In this document: positions 48,883-50,880 of the stretch, one piece after another | Layout of the letters: the number at the start of each line of letters is the position of its first letter | Position numbering within the stretch: position 1 is the stretch's first letter | NCBI GenBank assembly: GCA_039715015.1 | Contig: JBDLIE010000018.1 | Coordinates: forward strand, 1 to 50,880 | Length of the DNA stretch: 50,880 bases | Direction: 5' to 3' | From: Thermodesulfobacteriota bacterium | GTDB taxonomy: Bacteria > Desulfobacterota > Desulfobulbia > Desulfobulbales > SURF-16 | The notes under the pieces: generated by a model | Seen by the model: the letters and a program-made list of their open reading frames with translations, nothing else | Database searches by the model: none | What the model was told of the DNA's origin: nothing | Program-made: the position numbers and the translations under genes

Positions 48883-49137
48883 CTAGTATTGCTTTCCTTC
48901 GATGTTTTTTTTCAGCTGGGCGATTTCAAGGCCCAAAGAAACACATTCTTTGCCATCCATACAGTTGTCAGCCTCTGGCACATCAAGAAAATGTTTTAAT
49001 TCGTGCTCGTCTTTTTTGAGATCCACTACCCATGCCTTTTTTTCATCATCATAGCAGACATCAATATCAATGCCGCAGATGCCGATATCTGGATAGATTG
49101 CAGTGATCTTTTCACATAATTCATTGGCGTCATACAT
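48883..49137 (-). CDS. Small hypothetical protein
   Basis: GGAGG RBS; acidic 84-aa ORF with several Cys. Confidence 0.7.
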   Translation of the reverse strand: MYDANELCEKITAIYPDIGICGIDIDVCYDDEKKAWVVDLKKDEHELKHFLDVPEADNCMDGKECVSLGLEIAQLKKNIEGKQY

Positions 49138-49274
49138 GATTAGTCCTCCCTTGGATGGGTTATGTTGCTGGTGATCATCCTGAATTCACCTCCGGTTGTT
49201 TAATGACCGGCACATGCTTCTCTTTGCGGCCTTCAACGTGTTTTTCCCATTCTGGTTCATATACGGCTGGCAAA

Positions 49275-49844
49275 TTACTCAATAAGCCGGTAGGGATAAG
49301 CCCGCCTTGTCCATTGACTTGCCGGATATTTATCCTGTAGATATTCATAGGCTTCTTTGAGCGGTTTAGGATCGTTTGTGCTTTTGTAAAGACTGACTCC
49401 TTTCTGAAAAATGGCTTCAGGGGCTGAGTCACTTCCTGAGTAATCAGCCATAATTTTTTCGTAACAGCTGAGCGCTTTGTTGAAATCATTGCCATTAAAA
49501 AATGAATTGCCAATCCCGAGCAATAGAGAAGGAATCAGCTCTTCAGGACTCATGAAACCAACGGTTCGATGATGTTCATGACCTTCTTGGTCAAGGATGA
49601 GGAGAGAAGGTGTCCACTTAATATTGAATTCCGTGGCTAACGGGTGGTCGGCTGTGACGCGCAAAGGGATGACGTTCTGGTTTATGAATTCAATCACCGT
49701 TTCGTTTGGATACGTAACTGCACCCATCTGTTGGCAACCAATTCATTGATGATTAAGGAAATCCAGAAAAATCGGTTTGTTTTCGGCTTTTGACCGACTC
49801 CTTGCTTGGTCTAATTCTTCTTCCCATTGAATTTGCATTCCCAT
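49275..49844 (-). CDS. Thioredoxin-fold plus TPR protein, selenoprotein (UxxC)
   Basis: GAGGAGG RBS, ATG 49844, KPIFLDFLNHQ-TGA(49745-49743)-IGCQQM in frame with the track ORF 49727-49275; WTP cis-Pro loop; TPR-like helices. Confidence 0.85.
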
Positions 49845-50430
49845 GGCTTAACCTCCTCTTTGATTTTTTAATTTCATAAAAGAGCCAGCATTGATGGCAT
49901 GGCCAGCATGAAACCTCAAGAGTCACACCTTTCCGGCTAATGTTCCCGTAAACAATCTTGAAAGACAAAAAATGGCGGTGGGTAGAGTTGGTCAAAAAAA
50001 TACCCTCAGCACACTCAAAGTGTGGCTATCCGACCTTACTTTGAAGATGCCGAAGAACCCTTGCGCGTGATTTCAAACTCCCCTATCTATGAATAGGTTC
50101 GCACGACGGGTTGAAAATTGTCAAATTATGATTTGCAGATGATAGATTAAGGTAGGAAGTTGGGAGTAAAAATTTGTGATGTTTCTTGATGTGGGGGGTT
50201 GAGCAACCTTTGATTTTCCTGTTAACGATTGCTTACAGGCCGGCTTGTTTATCCACAAGATCCACTGGCGCTGACACCGGGAGCCGTTCTGCACCAGACA
50301 CCTCCTTGAGGATATTACTCTTATCTTGGTGTCCGTGAAACTGGGAGGGGGGGGCTGACCAGCAGGGAATTACGGTGACATCCATGCTTAATCATTCAAT
50401 CTATTTTTCCCGGAGAGTTTTTTGGAAAAA

Positions 50431-50880
50431 TCAGGGTGTTTCCCGAAAATCTTTTTTTTGGGCCCCACAAATTGGGCAAGACTCTGGTGGTTTGTCGATG
50501 TGTAAATATCCGCAGAACTTACAAAGGAAATATTTTTGCTTTTTTTTGACCTTAACACCTTTTTTTTCTTTTGAATAAAAGGACATTATCCGTCTTTCAG
50601 CAGCCTGAAGTTGCGACAAGGCTTGGATCATCGCTTTGTTTTCTTCTTGTTGGGCGTCACGTAAACATTCGGAATACTCTTCAATAATTTCTTCTAGTTC
50701 TTTTTCAAAAATTGTCGAAATATACTGGTCTGAAATATCAATTTGACCTCTGAGAGAGTTGAATAAACGACGTGCCTGAACTGCCTCAGATTCAGCTATA
50801 GCCCTTAATAAATGACTGACTTCTTGTCGGCCTTCTTGTCTTGCTTTTTGTGAATATATTTTTTTCCTGGCCGCTGCCTT
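50431..50880 (-). CDS. Rubrerythrin-like protein, 5'-truncated by the window edge
   Basis: Frame open from 50880: KARQEG..HLLRAIAESEAVQARR; C-terminal CKFCGY..CPICGA rubredoxin domain. Confidence 0.85.
   Translation of the reverse strand, partial: KAAARKKIYSQKARQEGRQEVSHLLRAIAESEAVQARRLFNSLRGQIDISDQYISTIFEKELEEIIEEYSECLRDAQQEENKAMIQALSQLQAAERRIMSFYSKEKKGVKVKKKQKYFLCKFCGYLHIDKPPESCPICGAQKKDFRETP

Noticed and set aside
49850..50430. Long intergenic stretch as a possible riboswitch or sRNA
   Set aside because: No motif recognised by eye; an Rfam scan would be needed

Overview
Bacterial chromosomal window. Gene content (superoxide reductase, rubrerythrin-like genes, a TusE/DsrC-like protein, an SbtM/SbtA selenobiotic locus, a fused AccA-AccD) suggests a Desulfobacterota-type anaerobe; this is inference. 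The housekeeping core (pyrE, RNB nuclease, era, gltX, glnS, fbp, acc-birA operon, corC-lnt-prfB, phoH, ybeY-pdxJ, fapA, adk) is flanked by more AT-rich accessory ends with redox-stress genes, an IS3 remnant, a uvrB fragment and an attC-bounded NUDIX cassette. The main signal is UGA recoding that the ORF track misses. (1) A 41-codon ORF at 5483-5358 (minus) ends C-x-x-U-x-x-U, has an fdhF-like SECIS 11 nt after its second UGA, and lies directly upstream of a radical SAM/SPASM gene: a candidate new selenopeptide RiPP system. (2) A 152-aa SbtA-type precursor at 20071-19613 has four SS-U-G repeats, each with its own hairpin, plus three SS-C repeats, upstream of SbtM. (3) Two UxxC thiol-oxidoreductase selenoproteins (DsbA-like; thioredoxin-TPR). 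A third radical SAM RiPP pair (Cxxx-repeat precursor plus maturase) is at 43.8-45.4 kb. No selA/B/C/D gene, RNA gene or CRISPR array was seen. All calls are by eye; no database search was run.
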